Shown in pieces: positions 1 through 12,598 of a stretch of DNA of 64,000 nucleotides. Each line of letters starts with the position of its first letter. Position 1 is the stretch's first letter. The DNA is taken from assembly GCA_951406725.2 (NCBI GenBank), contig OX597815.1, positions 96,286,001 through 96,350,000 on the forward strand, read 5' to 3'. This DNA is from Octopus vulgaris. Taxonomy: Eukaryota. A program made the position numbers and the translations under genes. Below the pieces are notes generated by a model that saw only the letters and a list, made by a program, of their open reading frames with translations, was not told the origin of the DNA and did no database searches.

Positions 1-289
1 CATAAAGTAATACTATTACGATTATACACATAGTTTTGAATACTCTCTCTCTCCCTAAAAAATGATATAACAATAGATCAGACTCCTCCACACTCACAGT
101 GATTTAACCTCGAGCTTTGACAGCACCATGGGTATTTCTACCATCGTACACACATATAGATTGCCACTACTCTAAGTTAGAGAAAACTAGAAACAATAGT
201 GGCTAGGTGTTCAAAAATCCTTGAAATCCTGGAATTCAGGAAGCAGAGACCTACTACAAATATGTGCGCACGCATGTATGTATATATAT

Positions 290-684
290 ACTCTTTTACT
301 CTTTTACTTGTTTCAGTCATTTGACTCCGGCCATGCTCGAGCATCGCCTTTAGTCGAGCAAATCAACCCCAGAACTTATTCTTTGTAAGCCTAGTACTTA
401 TTCTATCGGTCTCATTTGCCGAACTGCTAGGTTACGGGGACGTAACCACACCAGCATCTGTTGTCAAGCCATGTTGTGGGGACAAACACAGACACAAACA
501 AACACACATATATATACATATACATATATACGGCGCGCTTCTTTCAGTTTCCGTCTACCAAATCCACTCACAAGGCTTTGGTCGGCCCGAGGCTATAGTA
601 AAAGTCACTTGCCCATTTTGCCACGCAGTGGGACTGAACCGGGAACCATGTGGTTGGTAAGCAAGCTACTTACAACACAGCCAC
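290..684 (-). mobile_element. tRNA-derived CORE-type SINE, near full length
   Basis: Minus strand reads an A-box-like TGGCTGTGTTG, B-box GGTTCAGTCCC, CORE-like GGGCAAGTG, an internal (TA)/(TG) tract and an A-rich AAAAGAGT tail. Related copies occur throughout the window. Confidence 0.9.
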
Positions 685-1617
685 CGTGTGTGTGTACGCA
701 TATACATAAACACACACACATGTATTATATGCCTAAATATTTTCCAGTAATGCTTATTGGCAATGCATTCAAACCTTAACACAGAATTGTGTATATTATT
801 AAAAACACATACACATCAACATCAATATTTCTGTAGATACTCTGGTGCAATGTTGCAGGTGTGTTTTCCATGTTACTTAATTAAGCTTTGCATATTTTCA
901 TTTTATTTTCTAAATCTAACTGGTGAATGGAGTATACATCTTGCCGCGTTAATATAATGTAAATGTAATTCGTGTAATTTCAGCATTCAAAACCATATGT
1001 ATAATCGTAATAGTATTACTTTATGCAGCTGTTGCTAGGATCGTTCCTATATAATTTTAGATTTCATATAATTTTTATTCACAGATTATCTCTTTTTACT
1101 CTGTATCTTCTGTATCTAACTGTATTAAGAGTTTATCCTGTAAGGAGTATATTACATATACAATTTAATTATTTACATCACTTCGATTCGTGGTTATATG
1201 TTGGTAGAGAATTCTGTAAGACCATCGGAATGATAATGTATTTATATTACTGTATTTCTAGTTTTTATCATTTGTTTCTGCTTTTCTTTACATTGCTTCG
1301 TAGATTTCAGTTGCTCAAATTATATCCATATATGAAACATTGGTGCTTTCTTTTTGTATGTGGCTTAAGCATAATATCTTCATATATTTAAATTCCACCA
1401 GAACTAAACTCTGAATGATATAGTCTTTCACAACTGCATTTCGTTGTATGTCTGTTAGAGCTTACACACCATGTGCTTGTTATTTTCTTCTTCTTATGTT
1501 TTCTTTCTGTTACAAACATATAAGTACATAAAAATGATATCCACAAGCATATAAAGACACACACACGCGCATGTTTACACACACAAACACAAACACACAC
1601 ACACACACGCACACACG

Positions 1618-1650
<33 letters not shown>

Positions 1651-2159
1651 TCCAGGTGTCTGTTAAAAATAGCTGTATTATTGAGTCATCCCATAAATAA
1701 TGCAATTCTTTCATGCTTTTATTTTTTTAAACTAAGATAGACTAATTTCTTTTGAAATCTAAAATATACTCTCCTACATTTTCTACAATGTTCTTCATCT
1801 ATCAGATGCTTGGCTTTGAAGGTGGTAGTGCGTTGTTTCATTAATTGTTTGGCATTTAGAAACAGATTTATTTTGGCAGCCCTGCCTCTCAAACATAAAA
1901 CAAACATCTCCACCCTCACTTCTCATATCAGAGCCCCGTTCTGACTGCCTTGTGACATACACCATACACTTGATGGATGTACACCATGCAAGCACTGGTA
2001 TTTGGCACTATTTTTGGTAGTGGTGGTTGTACTTATATTGATTTTAGTGCCAGTGATGGTAGTTGTGTAACTGTTGGTGAAAGTGATGGTCTTAAAATTG
2101 TTGATGGTGATGCTAATAATAGTAGCTGTAGTAGTGTTTTGGGTCAAATTCCACTGCAT

Positions 2160-2240
2160 AGAACCTTGGGAAACTGCCCTCTGCTATAGTCTCAGGTGGA
2201 ACAAAGCTTTGTAAGTTTTGTTGGTAGATGGAAACTACAA
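2160..2240 (+). mobile_element. Decayed SINE fragment (CORE region)
   Basis: ccttgggaaactgccctctgctatagtctcagg...ttggtagatggaaact aligns to the reverse complement of 540-620. Confidence 0.6.
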
Positions 2241-2286
2241 GACAAAGCTTTAAGAAAATAAGAAAATAAAACTTCAAAATCGTATA

Positions 2287-2715
2287 GATTCTCAGTATGC
2301 GACGATATCCTGAAGTATGTGTAAAGATCTGTAGTACCGACTACATTAAAAAAAAAACCTTTATTGCAGCAATCTCACAGGGGACACATGGAAATTTCAA
2401 CGATTAAAGCTCTGATGAGAAGCTACGTCTATTAAACGCCTATGGGACGGGATATCGAAAATTTGGTGAGAACTTGTCGGAAATGGCTCGCTTGAGGACA
2501 AATCCCTGCCGGTAACATATCAATCGTGGCCGAAGACCTGAGAACCCATGGTCTACGTTACCTATCTACTATGCCGGACTGGTGAATAGCGCTTACTATA
2601 TAATCTGTACAAAGAGACCAAAGGTATGCAAGTGCAATAAACCCATCGCTAAGACAACTACATAGCGCCTATATGAATTGTTTGGACGATATGGTGTTCC
2701 AGACACAAAACTGAC
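2287..2715 (+). pseudogene. Ty3/Gypsy integrase remnant (HHCC zinc domain and start of core)
   Basis: Manual translation with stops and shifts: FSVCDDIL..VVPTTL..SHRGHMEISTIKALMRSYVY*..DIENLVRTCR...LYELFGRYGVPDT, matching the H-x2-H..MK.L.RSYVYW..DIE..V..C and F.RYG.P motifs. Confidence 0.8.
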
Positions 2716-2839
2716 AGGTACAATAAATGCCAGGCTTTAAAATGTACTGGGGTCGATTTATTCGACACTCAAATAATGATTGAGATAATCAAATGATAAA
2801 ATATAATACCACACTTTTCTCTCTCTCTCTCATTCTATA

Positions 2840-2886
<47 letters not shown>

Positions 2887-3646
2887 TTGTTGCAGTAAAT
2901 TTTCCTTCCTGAGTTTTGATTTGCAAATATGCTCCTAAAATCACCAAAGACTTAACACAGTTCATAAATGTATATTTTCATCAAATGGAATATGATTTCC
3001 CACTCTGTACAAATCTGATACACGAAGACATTTTCTAATTCAGGGCATGATCAATAAAAGTAGAGTGCTTCACAGCATGATTTACTGTCTGGCGTTCGTT
3101 TCGGGTTCATGAAGATTACAACACACTAGTTGCAGTTTTTAGAAACGTAACAAGATTGATATTATCTGAAGACAAGTATGGTTAAAACTGAAAAAAAAAA
3201 ATTTTTAATTTGTTTAAACGAATATATCAAGTTGCTGTTTTACGATATATACTGCATCTCTAATTGCTCGGATTATATTTAATATAAATCTGCCTCAATA
3301 TGTTAAGCTAAAATTAATCAGACGCCGAGAATACATTACATTACTGTGGCGCTAAACAACATATATAATCTCTGAAATTTAACGTAAAATATGAGGTCTG
3401 CAAGAAATATGATTCTAGACAAAGGAAAACATTAGATTATGCAATTTTGAGTAATGGGTTTTACAAAAAATAAATGTTGGTGCTTAATAAATGGATTCAA
3501 TCAAATATGATTTGTGTGTCTGTACGACTGTAGCCTTATGTACGTATATACATACAACGTACTGCCATACACAAAGTACACACACACGATCACACGCACA
3601 CACACATATATATGTGTGTGTTTATATGTATATCTACCTATCTATC

Positions 3647-3710
<64 letters not shown>

Positions 3711-3979
3711 AGTATAGTGATGCACATATATGCATACATAGATACATACATATACATAATACATACATATATATATATATTAAAAGGATCTGTTATAATA
3801 CTATTCCAAATATACAAAAACAGCCATACCAACAATCCAACATACTACCGTTATCAACTGACCACGGATATTATTATATATATGTTTACATACATATATG
3901 ATTACATACACACACATTAATAACGCGCACACGCGGACACACACACATATGTTCCCACATTATGCAATGGTATCGGAGA

Positions 3980-3980
3980 T

Positions 3981-4038
<58 letters not shown>

Positions 4039-4049
4039 CTCTCTCACTC

Positions 4050-4115
<66 letters not shown>

Positions 4116-4116
4116 G
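3980..4116. repeat. (AAT)n tract flipping to (ATT)n, interrupted by a 12-bp insert
   Basis: Read directly from the sequence. The orientation flips near 4080 and gctctctcactc lies at 4038-4049. Confidence 0.95.
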
Positions 4117-6744
4117 TAATTCTATTATTATCATAAATATCGACATCGACATTACGAATAAAATCAAAAAATTCTCCAACCGTATCGTTATATCCAATCA
4201 TATAAAATGGCATTAAATAGTTTTGCTATTAATAAAAAGTAGTGAATAATAAAAAGTAGTGAATAATGTTGATGATGAAGATGATGATGAGAATGATGAT
4301 GATGACGACGACAACCACAACGACGATGACTATGAATATGATGACGATGCCCATAACGATGATGATGATGAATAATGATGATGTATGCCTATATGCTTAG
4401 GTCTAAAGAGAGTGGAGGATAGAGTTAAACAGAGAATGACTGAGTTATAATGCAAATATCCGGATATATATTTTGGTATTGTGTCGCATTAAATGATACA
4501 GTCTAATATTTCTCATTTTATGAAGTTACATTACGAAAAGTGTATTAAATTATGTCTGCTACATATTTGATATATTTGAAATATCGGCCTAACAAAAGCT
4601 TATATTTATATTTATTTGTATATATATTCTATCATATGACTACGTTATTCAAAAATATACGAAAGTGGTGATCAATAGCTTGAAGAATAAAGGAATATTG
4701 AAGAAAACATTTCAATATGAATTTTTAGGATTATTCTTTTTATTAATGTTGGAAATATAAAACGGTCGTAATAAATCGTTAGAGATTTCGAATTGTGTTA
4801 TAATAATTTCAAATGCCATTCCTTTAACATACATAATATTCCCAGTGAGATAATTCTCAGACATAGTAAACTTCTTAATGGAGGAGTCATTGTTTCGCTG
4901 TTAATATAATGGGACATGACCATTCCAATCTCAACCTCAATCTGTTGCAAAATTATAAATATATACTATTAGCTATCCCCTTTAAAACTCAACTTTAACA
5001 AGAAGTCTCTAAGCGATCGTTAAATCTGAAATAACTACTGAATTTTCCGCAAATAAAAACATACCGTATTCTGAAAGAGAATATATTTTGTGTTACGTTT
5101 ATCTAGACACTATATATGAATAATATAAGCACACAGGCGGATATGTTTTGTTGACCCCTATATCCGGGAATAATTAACAATAATATCAAATACAGAGATA
5201 ACAGAATTAGTACGATACAAGTATTTTCTAAAATTCCCAATGCAAAACCATAATGCAAACGTAAGCTCTACGTTTTCTTGAATAAAACAAAATGCCCCGG
5301 TCTCCAGGTCACCTTAACACATACATTGGCATTCGTCACTGAGACTATAGAAAGTCAGACCGGATAGTTGTTTAGATAACTTATATCCCAAAATCGAAAC
5401 AAGTCATCTTAGAAGCATGATTTTATAGGTATAAATGACAAATTTTGTTATAAGAGTGAAAAATAACGACGAATGGAAATAAATTATGGAGTCCTTATAA
5501 CGAAAGACAGAGAGAAAATAATGCACGTCACCAGAAACCTTAGCATAAACAGTTTCTTTTGCTGGAATTTTCCTTCATATATATCTGTGAATTGCAATGC
5601 ATCTGTATAGATGTTTTTCACAGCTAAGAATACGGGCAATTTCTACTCTCTCTGTCAAATATTGCCGTTAAGGACTATCCCATCAGTATATATCTTGACT
5701 TGCATTCAGGAACAACGGTGTTTCTTTCATCTAAATGTTTCGATATATAAATATTTATTATTCATATTTAAGTAGAAGCCTCAAATGAAAGTGTGTTGGA
5801 ATTATATTTAATTAAAGCAAATCCGGGAATTTTTGCTATGTATTGAATTTTTTATATTAGTTACAAAATCAACGATTGTTCCTCTAAATTTCGAACTAGC
5901 TTATAGAGCAACGAATTCCTAAGAACTTAATCGGAAACACTTCTAGTTATAAGCACCCTACTAATTATAGTTATTTTCCCCCGGCACATCGTCCACCACC
6001 AACAAGAAAAAAAAAGGGAAAAGAATCAGGCACTTTAATTCATTTCATTAATATACGTGTCTTTCCTTACAGGAATACGACAGGAATAATGCAAAATATA
6101 TTTTCTCAAATATACTATACCTCCCTAACGTTGCATTCTAATTGTTTCCTGTATGGCAAAAGCGCTATAATCCGAAGGATCTTGAGATTCTAAACGTTTT
6201 GTCATGTGCAGAAAGAAAGTGCTCATAGACATTCTTGATTCACTTATGGAGATTGAGAAAATGGAAGCATGTCATTCTCTGACTCAAACTTTTTGACCAA
6301 ATTATTTTAACAGAATGATTTCTGTGAAAGTTACCTGACAGCCCAGCAGTGATGGTTGAACATGATGTCGAATTAAGTGTACCAACTATAAACAGGGATG
6401 CTTCTCTGCAAGAAGGAAAACGTATAGTTTCTTCTTATTGCATTTCATTCCCACTATTTTGCTCAATCGGAGTATATATTCCAATGAATTTCCTTATATG
6501 GTGAGCTGTTGTATGACGTCTATGATCCGTAATTTTCAATCAAATGCCATAACCACACAAAGATGTATACAACTGGTAATGGAAAAATATGTGACTAGTT
6601 TGCATCTGACAATTACTGAAAATTGAATCCAAAACTAGGATCATAACTACTTTTCATCCGGTCTACGACTATCATAAACAAACGTTTAATTATTAATTAA
6701 TTCTGGTTTTGTATAATCGTGACTGCGTGCTAAGAAGTTATGTG

Positions 6745-6920
6745 TTTGTGTGTGTCTGTGCCCCCCGCCCGAGGTTGGAGTGTTTACGTTCCAGTAAATT
6801 GGTGGTTCGGCAAAAGAAAACGATAGAATAAAACCTGGTGTCGAATTCTTTGGCTAAAACACTTTAAGGCGGTGATGCAGCCTGGCCGCAGTCAGATGGC
6901 CGAAACAAAAAAAAAAGAAT
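6745..6920 (+). mobile_element. SINE 3' half, decayed
   Basis: ggttcggcaaaagaaaacgatagaata...taaggcggtgatgcagcctggccgcagtcagatggccgaaacaaaa matches the reverse complement of 300-470. Confidence 0.75.
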
Positions 6921-7869
6921 ATTAACAATCCAGGCCTGTCATGATATGATGAACCGTGAAGCCTGGCGTAGCATGGTAAATTCTATTGTCTCGACCACGG
7001 TGGAACAATGATGATGATATTGATAGATAATAGCAATCGGGAAGATAAACCGAGATTTCAATATAATTTCAACTTATATTTGAAGCATGAAAATTGCAGC
7101 CACTGTCATCGGGGATATTGCAAAGGATACATGCTTCTATTATTCACTTCATGCAGTTATGATGCAAGTGCAAGACATTAACATTTTTCGTATACACATA
7201 TTCATTCAGTATTTGGCGGAAATCCGGGTATAGTTTAATACGTGGAATATAGGTCAATGATAGGATATTATATTCCATATATAATCGAAGTAACATTTGG
7301 GAAATTGGAGCAAAAATATTTTCCTACAGTTAATATCGTGAGATTCATGCTTTTATGAGAACATGTTCTATATCATGAACATGTCATATATATATATATA
7401 TATATAAATTTCACCTTTACACATTTGACATTTGAAGTATATAATTATATTTCAAAAGTTATATAGTTTACAATAAGTAAAATCGAAAAACTATATATAT
7501 ATTCATTTATTTATTGAGTATACAGAAGTACTTTTTCTGAAGTTTTATAGTAAATAATGTAATTTTAAAAATAATAGTAATTTCTACTTATATAAAATTT
7601 CAATATCAGGGAGAAGAAAAACAAAAGTTAAATATATATTTAGAATGATTCAGGATATAAGATACACGAAATCTCTTCATTTATAGACAAATATTTATTG
7701 ATAGACATATCTGATCCTAAATTTACTATTCTTTCTGAAGTTCTTTATCACATTGTAGATACTTGTAGATACGAAATCAAAGGCAGTGCCTAAATAGTTT
7801 TATGAAATTGACTTCAATAATGCTTTCTAAAGCCAGTTAGTATGTTAAAATGTGAATCGGATTAAGTCT

Positions 7870-8300
7870 AAAGCTGACGGATAATGACGGTTCTCTTCAG
7901 GAAAGCTTCAGAACGGCTGTATTTCACTGAGACCTCTTTGATTGACTCACATCTGTTAGTGTACACTGTACCGTACCGCTCACTCAACCTGCTAGAAATA
8001 GATGGACAAGTGTTCCAAATCACAACCCACTGACAACTAGAGAATTGTAGCTTAGATAACTTAGATATGTGTCGCCTCACGTGTGACCATACGGGAGTAA
8101 ATGATTTCCCGCTTTCTGTGGATAGGACACGTTCTACTGACCAAGTGCTGAATTTGTTGACAACATCCGGTGATTGAAGGACTTGGTATGCGAGGATGAT
8201 GATATGCCGACATACGCTGAAAATGCGACATATGCCGTAATTCTCTCACGCTGTGTAGTAGCAGTTTTTCATACCGATATTTCTTCATTCCATACATTTA
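7870..8300 (-). pseudogene. Possible highly decayed DNA-transposon C-terminus (Academ-like XPG/Cys-rich region)
   Basis: Higher-GC, coding-like stretch. One frame reads RHIIILAYQV...FTPVWSHV followed by scattered cysteines. The resemblance is weak. Confidence 0.2.
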
Positions 8301-9000
8301 GGAGAACTGCAAAGACCAAGACAGAATAATTCGTATCTGGAATGTTTAAGGCACTCAGATCCTTCTACCAATATGTCAATCAAAGCAATCGATAAAGTTC
8401 CATGTTCGCTTTGTGTAGGGTTAGTACTGGACAACAGAGATGGTGTGGACGAAATTTAGCAGACTGTTCTGTTCCGGAGTACTTTTCGGTCGCAGCTCAT
8501 GGTTAATCTTCAAACTTTTGTAGCGCTACAACACTACCAGGGTGAGGGTGCATTGTCAGTTTGAGATAAACACTACAGGCATGGAAGCACCGTCAAACTG
8601 CGTCTATAGTCCGGGAATTACTGAGATGCGGAACTATGCCGAGCACATGTTGTTACGTGTAGGACGTATCCGTTTGCTAATAAAATCCATTCTAAAGAAA
8701 GATACACAACTTTCCTTTAACATGAATGACGGGTGGTGTTTGTCTGTCTGATTTTCTTATTTTTATGAAAGTAGTTTTGTGCTGGACCAAGTTGAAAGGG
8801 AGTGAAAGAATAATCATTCGCTTTAGGCAACCTCACATAAGATTATTACTTGAATAGGAATGTAGGGTAAAGAACGAGCCTCTTGATGATAATGGCCGAG
8901 ATAAACAGGATTACTACCAGCATGCACCTAGAGATTGAAGAAGGATATCAGGACAGGACACTGGTTACCAAAGAAAATATTGTTGTTGTTGTTGTTGTTT

Positions 9001-9530
9001 ATGGTTTCCTGTCATTATAACTTTATTTTAGCTGCCTTAGTATCGGGCATCCTCCGGATGATAAGAGTGGCTAGGGCACTTTTGTTTTAGTATGCATGCT
9101 AAAATTATCACGACATTTCATTTTCGATGGAAAGTACTTTTCGTAGTATATGAGCTGTACCCATCAAAGTTATCTTTTGTAGTTCATGGATATTGAAGAT
9201 GCGCCCCTCTTTTATCATTCCCAGCGCAACATTTACTACTTGTATTATCGTAGTACTTAGCTTTCACATTCTTTTGATTTCAATTTGTAGATCTTTATAG
9301 CGAGAAAATTTATCGTATTCCGTTCTGAAGATATTTCGATCTTGTGGGACAGACACATCTATAAACAGACAAGTTCCACTGTTGTAGCCCTTGATCAAAA
9401 TGTCTGGTCGATTGGAGTCAATTTGTGCGTTTGATTTGGGGAAGTTCCAAAGGATGGTAACACTCACGTCATTTACTACTTCCTCTGGATGGTGCGTGTA
9501 CTACTTAAAGGATTTAATTTGTAGTATTTA
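9001..9530 (-). mobile_element. 3' fragment of an RLE non-LTR retrotransposon (Dong/R4-like)
   Basis: ILWNFP..NRPDILIK..LFIDVSVP..KFSRYKDLQIEI..LQKITLMGTAHILRK is the PD-(D/E)xK RLE domain. The 3' end abuts an (AAC)n tract at 8978-9000. Confidence 0.9.
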
Positions 9531-9544
9531 CAAGCACTCCAATG

Positions 9545-9630
<86 letters not shown>

Positions 9631-9634
<4 letters not shown>

Positions 9635-10120
9635 GCTAGAAATACCAGCGAAAATAATTATTTTCATTTTTATTTTATCGCAATTTGATTTGTTTACATA
9701 TTCCTCGATAAATTTTGAGCGCTAGACGATATACCAGAAATCCCTAGTTTTGTCGGGACGTTCGGAGTCTGCGCTTTGATCTGATTAGTTAGAGAGAGTA
9801 AATCATTAGAAGCACATGCTTCTAGTGAGTTAGGATCTCAGAACAACAGGGCTCTCACTGATGAATTCTCCCTGAGCAAATAAATTATCTTTATTGCTGA
9901 AAAGAAAGAAACTGCAGTCTGAGAAGAACCGAGTTAGTAAATGTTTTTATCTTCATTTCACTAAATTTATCCAGCTTCTGTGTTCCTAGCACATATTTCG
10001 CCTTAATGTAAAATATATGGCTTGTGCTAGAAATATTTCGCCTTATGAAAAATATATGGCTTGTGCTAGAAATACCAGCGAAAATAATTATTTTCATTTT
10101 TATTTTATCGCAATTTGATT

Positions 10121-10123
<3 letters not shown>
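9631..10123 (+). mobile_element. 430-bp hammerhead-containing unit with 63-bp terminal direct repeats (retrozyme or Penelope pLTR-like)
   Basis: 9631-9693 is repeated at 10061-10123. The unit is flanked by (TA)n on both sides and has no meaningful ORF. Confidence 0.8.
9853..9924 (+). ncRNA. Type I hammerhead ribozyme motif
   Basis: TCTCA-CTGATGA-[long stem II with AGCAAATAAA/TTTATTGCT]-GAAAC-TGCA-GTC-TGAGA. Predicted cut after 9919. The base of stem II is mismatched. Confidence 0.8.
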
Positions 10124-10171
<48 letters not shown>

Positions 10172-10186
10172 GTATGTATATTTATG

Positions 10187-10305
10187 ACTTACGGTCATAT
10201 CAGGTTGAAAACACCGGTTACATCCGATCACCGAAGTTAAACAATATTGAGCCTAGTTAGTCCTTAGATGGATGGCCGCTTGAGAATCCTAGGTCCAATA
10301 AGCAT
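10187..10305 (+). pseudogene. 5S rRNA pseudogene
   Basis: acttacggtcatatcaggttgaaaacaccggtt..ccgatcaccgaagttaa..gagcctagttagt..ggatggccgcttgagaatcctaggt..taagca followed by a T-run. About 119 nt, colinear with metazoan 5S rRNA but with many substitutions. Confidence 0.9.
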
Positions 10306-10315
10306 TGTTTTTATA

Positions 10316-10350
10316 GACGCAGGAGTGACTGTGTGGTAAGTTAGTTGCTT
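10316..10350 (+). mobile_element. SINE 5' head (A-box), split from its body by a 2.07-kb insertion
   Basis: gcaggagtgactgtgtggtaagt. The SINE resumes at about 12426 with agtagcttgcttaacaatcacatggttccgg. Confidence 0.85.
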
Positions 10351-12425
10351 CCACACTGAATACTGTCAAGACATGCTTTCGTAGCCGTCCTGAATTGAAG
10401 AAATATTGAAGGTGCGCCAGTAAGGTAGGCATCTATTTGGGGGGGATTCAGTGGGGTTTTGTTGTTTGATATTGTTTTTCTTTTTTCGAATGAGATATCC
10501 TTACTGGGTGCTGGATATTTGTCTGCCTGCAGTCGTGCTAAGTGTCTCACTTAGCTGTGAGAATTGTTGTTCGGCGGGCGTGTCTCGCCACCAAAATTTG
10601 TTAAAATTTTATAAAATCTTCTACCAGTTCGTGTGGGATATTTTCTGTGTTCCTACCTCTGGACCTAGAGTACCTGATTGGAGTACCAATTTGTGGAACA
10701 ACTGTCGGCCAGGATTACCGGAGGCCGGAAGGATATTTACCATGATTTTAACTGTCTTCCTTCCTTCTTTTCCTCTGAGCTGTCATTCTGCTCTTTTATT
10801 TATTTTGACTGTGTTAGACTGTGTATTTTGAACGATTTAAGTTTCTTTGTCTGCAAACATGGCAAAAAATACTGCTTTGGATTGGTAAATTGTGCCTCCA
10901 GGGCAGTGGTTGGAAAGTTTCAATAAGTGAACCGTGGTGTTGGGAACGTATTGTAAATCTGTCGACACCATTACGGTATTCCCTCGAATTGAGATAGAAA
11001 AAGAGTTGGCAGAATATCTGTCAACTATTAAGTTTATTGCCAGGAGTGTAAAATTTGCAACGGTGTGGTTGCTATTTGACATCACTGAGGAGGCCCTCTG
11101 TTTACGAGCCAGCCCTTAGAAGGGCAAAAATTGCTGTTTCTTCCCACATTGGAGGGAGGAAATTAACAAGGCCTTGAGTCTGTGGGCTGCCACCCGGAAT
11201 AGAACCCGAGTGCATAGAAGACACTATCCGCCGGGGTCTGGGTGGCAGCGGATCCAAGCTAATTAATGTTAGTGTTGCTTTCGGTTGATTGGGTGGGGTC
11301 GAATGCAGTTTTGGCCCTGAGGACCCAATCAGCCAATGATCTGGTTTTTCCAGATTTTATAAGGATGGCCGGTTCTAGGTATCCGGTGATTCTTGAGGGA
11401 CGATCCCCCCACCCAAGTGTCACCTATGCCTGGAACCGGACCTCATTAAGAAAAACTGCCCCTAGGACCAAGGTAAGTTCTTGGAGCAGTAAATAGAAGC
11501 AGTGGCCCAGCTCCCGCATCAGAAGGAGAGATGGAGGCAGTAGATGAGGTTAAGACCTCGAAAAAAGGGAAAAAGAGAAACAAGGTGGGCAACAGTGGTT
11601 GCCCACCAATGGATCCTGAGGAAGCGGAATGGAAGGCAGATGTTTCGGACAAAACGAAAGAACTCTCCCCTCCAGTCATAAATGAGAAAAGAAGAAACAA
11701 GAAATATGGGGCATTGCCAGCTGTTGCTAGTACACTGCTGTCATGTCCCGAAACCCCTTCGGTGGAAGTTCTGCCACCGAAGAGGAGATTTGAGGACTCT
11801 CCCTATGTCGAGGAGGAATTTGTAGTCCTGTGCCACAGGGGAGGGGAAATTAATAAAAATTATCAAAACGTTTAATAAAAAGGGTCGATGGGAAAGAAGT
11901 ATTGCCTGTATCAAGAACCGTGATTAGCCTCCGCTGCGGAGGTCGTGTGGAGAAAAAAACCTTGTTTGAGGTAATGGGTTCCTTCCATGAGGACACGTTT
12001 CACTTTCTGCAGAAAAGTCCCAACCTAGCACCAATGAGGTGCTTGAGTGAGGCACTGAGCCCGGTCGGGTGACGGCGGGCGAAAGAATCAAGAGGCTTAG
12101 TGCCTCGTATTATGTATCCACATTATAGTAGGAGGTTTACGCCCCGGTCTGTTGTTTTGATTTGTGTTTTGAGTTTATTGTTTGTAAGAGGCTGAGGGCC
12201 TAAATTTATTATGAAATATGGAACTAAAGTAAGAGGTTTAATACTTCGTATTGTTTTTACTGTGTAAAAAAAAAGAATAATGTTTTAAAGAATCAAAAAA
12301 TCGTTGGGCGTCTTTTGCCTTCTCCCATCAATATCGTCCTTTTTCATCACTCATCTTATCAATGTTTTTGTCCAGCCTGCAAGCTACTCCCTCTGTGTTA
12401 TGCCTTTATGACAAAATTTGAAATA
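10351..12425 (+). mobile_element. ORF1-only Tx1/L1-type retroelement (HAL1-like), decayed
   Basis: Interrupts a SINE. Layout is an ~500-bp 5' UTR, one broken ORF, a T-rich 3' UTR and an AAATAAA end. The SINE segment is imperfectly duplicated at both ends (aagttagttgctt / aagtagcttgctt). No endonuclease or RT motifs seen. Confidence 0.65.
10859..12072 (+). pseudogene. L1/Tx1-type ORF1 (gag-like) with degenerate CCHC knuckle
   Basis: MAKNTALDW*IVPPGQWLESFNK*TVVLGTYCKSVD... then VILEGR..PKCHLCLEPDLIKKNCP (Cx2Cx4[H>L]x4C), followed by a K/E-rich disordered region. About 400 codons with stops and shifts. Confidence 0.65.
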
Positions 12426-12552
12426 AAGTAGCTTGCTTAACAATCACATGGTTCCGGATTCAATCTCACTGTGTGGCACGTTGGGCATATGTCTTCTACT
12501 ATAGCCTCAGGCCTACCAAAGCCTTGTGAGTGGAAACTGAAAGAAGCGCGTC

Positions 12553-12598
<46 letters not shown>

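Noticed and set aside
163-203. gccacta...gaaacaa.tagtggc hairpin as a hammerhead
   Set aside because: It lacks a CUGANGA-type core and an NUH cleavage site.
1719-2189. Overlapping short ORFs as a possible host exon
   Set aside because: No recognisable domain, partly a degenerate GGT/GAT repeat, and no convincing splice pair.
2408-2465. CTGATGA...GAAA resembling a hammerhead core
   Set aside because: No paired stems. The sequence is the ALMRS codons of the Gypsy integrase remnant.
3491-4213. ORFs rich in YI/IY/CV or poly-I/L/N (also near 9400, 12450, 13850, 30700, 34650, 44450, 50500, 52900, 61600 and 62900)
   Set aside because: They are translations of (TA)n, (TG)n, (CATA)n and (AAT)n microsatellites.
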